From: an uncultured Gammaproteobacteria bacterium
GTDB taxonomy: Bacteria > Pseudomonadota > Gammaproteobacteria > JACCXJ01
Assembly (NCBI GenBank): GCA_963764725.1
Contig: CAVXTM010000016.1
Location: 192,001 to 256,000, forward strand
DNA: 64,000 bases
Direction of reading: 5' to 3'
A program made the position numbers and the translations under genes. How positions within the stretch are numbered: position 1 is the first letter of the stretch; each line of letters starts with the position of its first letter. Under the pieces are notes generated by a model. The model saw only the letters and a program-made list of their open reading frames with translations. It did no database searches and was not told the origin of the DNA. Shown piece by piece: positions 60,643-64,000 of the stretch.

Positions 60643-61359
60643 ATGACTAACACATTGCACACACTTCCCATGCAGCGGAATAACACAGAACGCCGGATCG
60701 CTGGAGCCACGTACTCGCCAGCCAAGCTCAAGACGCGTTTTTGTTTGCTCTGGAACCGCTGTCTAACTCCGGGCGCGGAGACGAGCTCCATGCGGGTTTG
60801 GGCGGATCTGAGCCGCCATTACGCCGAGCCCCACCGGCATTACCACACCTTAACCCACATTTTTCGTTGCCTGCGGCAATTGGACGCGGCCAAATCGCTC
60901 ATCGAAGCCCCCGATGCCGTGGAAATAGCGGTCTGGTTCCACGATGTGGTCCATAATCCGGAGGCTTGCGACAACGAGCAACGGAGCGTGGAACTCTTTG
61001 ATCTCGCCGCGAGCAGCCATTTCCAGCAGGATTTCGTAAACAAGATCGGTGAGCTTATCCTCGCCACCACGCACCGGGGAACCCCCCATAACCACGATGA
61101 GCGGGTCCTTTGCGACATCGATTTCGCCAGTTTCGGCTCTCCCTGGGACGAATTTCTAGATGACAGCCAGGCCTTGAGAATCGAGCACGCCAAGACTCCG
61201 GACGAACTGTTTTATCCCGCTAAATTGAAGTTTCTTAAAGCCATCCTTGAACGTCGAACGATCTTTTTTACGGATTTCTTCCGCGCCCGCTACGAAACCT
61301 CGGCAAGAAAAAACATCCAGCGTTACATTGCCAACCTGGAAGCCGAGGCGTACGTCTGA
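60643..61359 (+). CDS. HD-superfamily predicted metal-dependent phosphohydrolase
   Basis: YAEPHRHYHTLTHI, WFHDVV, NEQRS, ILATTH, DID. Start uncertain. Confidence 0.85.
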   Translation: MTNTLHTLPMQRNNTERRIAGATYSPAKLKTRFCLLWNRCLTPGAETSSMRVWADLSRHYAEPHRHYHTLTHIFRCLRQLDAAKSLIEAPDAVEIAVWFHDVVHNPEACDNEQRSVELFDLAASSHFQQDFVNKIGELILATTHRGTPHNHDERVLCDIDFASFGSPWDEFLDDSQALRIEHAKTPDELFYPAKLKFLKAILERRTIFFTDFFRARYETSARKNIQRYIANLEAEAYV

Positions 61360-61428
61360 GAGGTTGTCAATAAATCGTCGCGAGCAGCGCCAGGAGCCGC
61401 GGAGGGAGTGCGCCGCTTGCTCGTGGCT

Positions 61429-63858
61429 TTACCCGCCCGCGGCCACGTACAGCGGCGTTCTCGCTAACAACTCCGCGCAGGCCTCGGCGCGGAGAGGATG
61501 ACTGAAGAGATATCCCTGCGCTACCTCGCAACGCTGCTCGCGCAGGAACTGGCATTGCGCGTGGGTTTCCACCCCTTCCGCCACCACGCCGATCTTGAGC
61601 TGCTTCGCCATCGCCAGGATCGTCTGAACGATCACCACATCGTCAGCGTCCTCGGGAATGTCGCGCACGAAGGACTGGTCAATCTTGATGCGATCGATAG
61701 GCAGGCGCTTGAGGCAGGAAAGGCTCGAGTACCCGGTGCCGAAGTCATCGACGGTGATCTGGAGGCCCATGCCATGCAACTCACGCAGCACCTTGATGGC
61801 ATGTCCGGGATCGGCCATCAAGGTCGATTCCGTGATCTCGATATCGAGGCTGGGCGCCGCGAGCCCGGAATCCCGCAAGACGGTACCAACCAGCGCCGGG
61901 AGGTCAAACTGCCGGAGGAGTTGACGCACCGAGAGATTCACGGCCATTCGCACCGGCGGCAAGCCGGCCGCCTGCCATGTGCTCGCCTGATTGCAGGCGG
62001 TACGCAGCACCCACTCGCCGATCTCGGCGATAAGCCCCGTCTCCTCGGCGATCGGGATGAACTCATCGGTCGGCACCATCCCCCGCTCGGGATGTTGCCA
62101 GCGCAGCAGCGCCTCGACCCCAACGACCGCATTGCTGCGGAGATCGATCTGGGGCTGGTAGTGCAACGACAACTCTCCGCGCGGGAGCGCGCGCCGCAGG
62201 TGGTTTTCCAGCAACAGCCTTTCATGCGCTTGGGCGTTCATGCGCGCATCGAAGAACTGATATTGCTGGCGGCCTCGGTCCTTGGCCTGGTAAAGGGCGG
62301 TATCGGCGTGCTTAAGCAAGGTCTCCGCGTCCGTCCCATCCTTGGGGAACAGCCCCAGCCCGATGCTGGTGGTCGCGTGCAACTCGTATCCGAACACCGA
62401 GAACGGCACGGACATCGTGTCGAGGGCCTTAGTCGCCACCTGCGCGGCATCGCGCGCCGTGAGAACGTGTGGGAGTAGGATAACGAACTCATCGCCCCCG
62501 AGGCGCGCGACCGTGTCGCCCTCGCGCAGCACCGTACGCAGGCGTAAGGCCACCTGGCGCAGCAGCTCATCCCCGGCCAGGTGGCCCAAGGTGTCGTTGA
62601 TGGTCTTGAAGCGGTCGAGATCGATGTAGAGCACCGCGATCTGGGCACCATCGCGCTCCGCCTGGGCGAGCGCCTGCCTCAGCCGGTCGAGCAGTAACAC
62701 CCGGTTGGGGAGCTCCGTCAACGCATCGTGGTAGGCGAGATGATGGATCTGTACCTCCCGGGAGCGTGCCTGTTCCTCGGCCCGCTTCCGCTCGGTGATG
62801 TCAAGGCAGCCTCCGATGAAACCGGCCAACGCGCCGTCGGGCGAGAAGCGCGGCCCGCCGCTATCGAGTATCCAGCGGTATACCCCATCGCGCCCCTTGA
62901 CCCGGTACTCCAACGTGAAGGCGACACGCGCCTGTAGCGCCTTCTCGTAGCTCCGCCGACAGCCGTCGACATCCTCTGGATGCACCTCCTGCATCCAACC
63001 GTAGCCGATCTCCTCATCGAGCGTGCGGCCGGTAAAGTCGAGCCAGGTCTTGTTGAACCACGTGCAGCGCCCCGCGGGGTCCGCGACCCAGACCATGACC
63101 GGGAGGCTATCGGCCAGGGTGCGAAAACGCGCCTCGCTTTCACGCAGCGCTGCTTCCGTCCGGTAGCGCTCTCCTTGTTCCAGGGCTAGCGCAATGAGGT
63201 TCGCGATCGCAATGCTGAATAAGCGGTCCTCGGGCATCCAGGGCATGGGCGAGCCCGTCCGCTCGTGACAAAGCACTCCCTCGAGGCGGCCATGCACGTG
63301 CACGGGTATATCCATCATCGCGGTGATGCCGAGGGGCCCCAGGTAAGTGGCCGAGAACTCGCACGTGCGCGGATCGCTGTGGGCATCATCGGCGACGATG
63401 GCCTCGCTGGTCGCGAGAGCATGAAAATAAGCCGGGTAGAGCACCGCCTGGAGCTCGGCGCCGGCGCTGTGCCGGTCGGGCCCCAGCTGGTAGAGATCGA
63501 CACAGCGGATAGCCGTTCGATCCTCGCTGTAGCGCCAAAGACTGACGCGCTCGACCCCGAGCGAGCGCGCGGCGGTCTCGGTCAGTAATCGAAACGCTTG
63601 CCCCACGTCCTCACTCTGGAAGACCTGGCCTTTGGTGAGGGCCGTCAGAGCCGCCTGCTGTTCCAGCAGGCGTTCGTGCCGCATGCGGAGGGCGGCCGCC
63701 TCATCATTCGCCGGATCCTCGCGTTCACCGCGTGTAAGCAGGCGGGCGCCAAGGCGCCAGAGCCTACTTAGGATCGATGCTATGCCGCCGCCTGGCCTGC
63801 GATACCTCTTCTGCAACCCGCGCACCCTCTTCCGGACGTGCCCAAGCTCTAGGTTCAA
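61429..63858 (-). CDS. GAF-PAS-GGDEF-EAL c-di-GMP signalling protein
   Basis: GAF (ADDAHSDPRT, GVLCHE), PAS (WFNKTWLDFTG, VHPED), DALTELPNR, intact GGDEF, EALLR, DDFGTGYSSL. Start uncertain. Confidence 0.93.
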   Translation of the reverse strand: MNLELGHVRKRVRGLQKRYRRPGGGIASILSRLWRLGARLLTRGEREDPANDEAAALRMRHERLLEQQAALTALTKGQVFQSEDVGQAFRLLTETAARSLGVERVSLWRYSEDRTAIRCVDLYQLGPDRHSAGAELQAVLYPAYFHALATSEAIVADDAHSDPRTCEFSATYLGPLGITAMMDIPVHVHGRLEGVLCHERTGSPMPWMPEDRLFSIAIANLIALALEQGERYRTEAALRESEARFRTLADSLPVMVWVADPAGRCTWFNKTWLDFTGRTLDEEIGYGWMQEVHPEDVDGCRRSYEKALQARVAFTLEYRVKGRDGVYRWILDSGGPRFSPDGALAGFIGGCLDITERKRAEEQARSREVQIHHLAYHDALTELPNRVLLLDRLRQALAQAERDGAQIAVLYIDLDRFKTINDTLGHLAGDELLRQVALRLRTVLREGDTVARLGGDEFVILLPHVLTARDAAQVATKALDTMSVPFSVFGYELHATTSIGLGLFPKDGTDAETLLKHADTALYQAKDRGRQQYQFFDARMNAQAHERLLLENHLRRALPRGELSLHYQPQIDLRSNAVVGVEALLRWQHPERGMVPTDEFIPIAEETGLIAEIGEWVLRTACNQASTWQAAGLPPVRMAVNLSVRQLLRQFDLPALVGTVLRDSGLAAPSLDIEITESTLMADPGHAIKVLRELHGMGLQITVDDFGTGYSSLSCLKRLPIDRIKIDQSFVRDIPEDADDVVIVQTILAMAKQLKIGVVAEGVETHAQCQFLREQRCEVAQGYLFSHPLRAEACAELLARTPLYVAAGG

Positions 63859-64000
63859 CCTTGAAGTATTATAGCGTTTGAGCCAATAGGAAGCTTGTCG
63901 AATCGGCGGCGCGGGTATACCTGCGCCCGCGGTCTACGCCATCCTATACCATTGAATGACATCCACGCTTCCCACGATCGAACGCGCATCCACGATGCCC

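Noticed and set aside
1-64000. Integron cassette array, prophage, tRNA/rRNA or known anti-phage defence genes
   Set aside because: No integrase, recurring attC-like sites, phage genes, RNA gene signatures or defence domains were recognised by eye.

Overview
GC-rich bacterial (probably proteobacterial) accessory region with about 50 genes. No rRNA, tRNA or CRISPR array was seen. It is a mosaic island of envelope, transport and stress genes (DUF3604, ppk2, DUF3302/HlyD/OMF, PLD, SulP, DUF2092, K+ channel, DUF2254/1622/2252, OprB porin, DUF3300/DUF2950, glutaminase-STAS-cNMP, GAF-PAS-GGDEF-EAL). At its centre is a carbon-metabolism block: DUF3141 (PHA-synthase-like)-MaoC/Pta-AckA-FabI-CoA transferase, divergent from phosphoketolase-GH130-PMI-like-PMM. 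About a dozen gene stubs and mobile-element relics (RAYT, IS200-like end, IS1380) lie between intact genes. There are also two dispersed repeats: an ~80 bp promoter cassette and a ~200 bp element. The most unusual signals are a PMI-like cupin with its metal-binding motifs in rearranged order, an RND efflux operon whose core appears replaced by DUF3302-HlyD, and a possible mannoside-to-acetyl-phosphate/PHA pathway. Many single-base frameshifts look like sequencing errors. All family calls come from motif recognition by eye; no database search was run.
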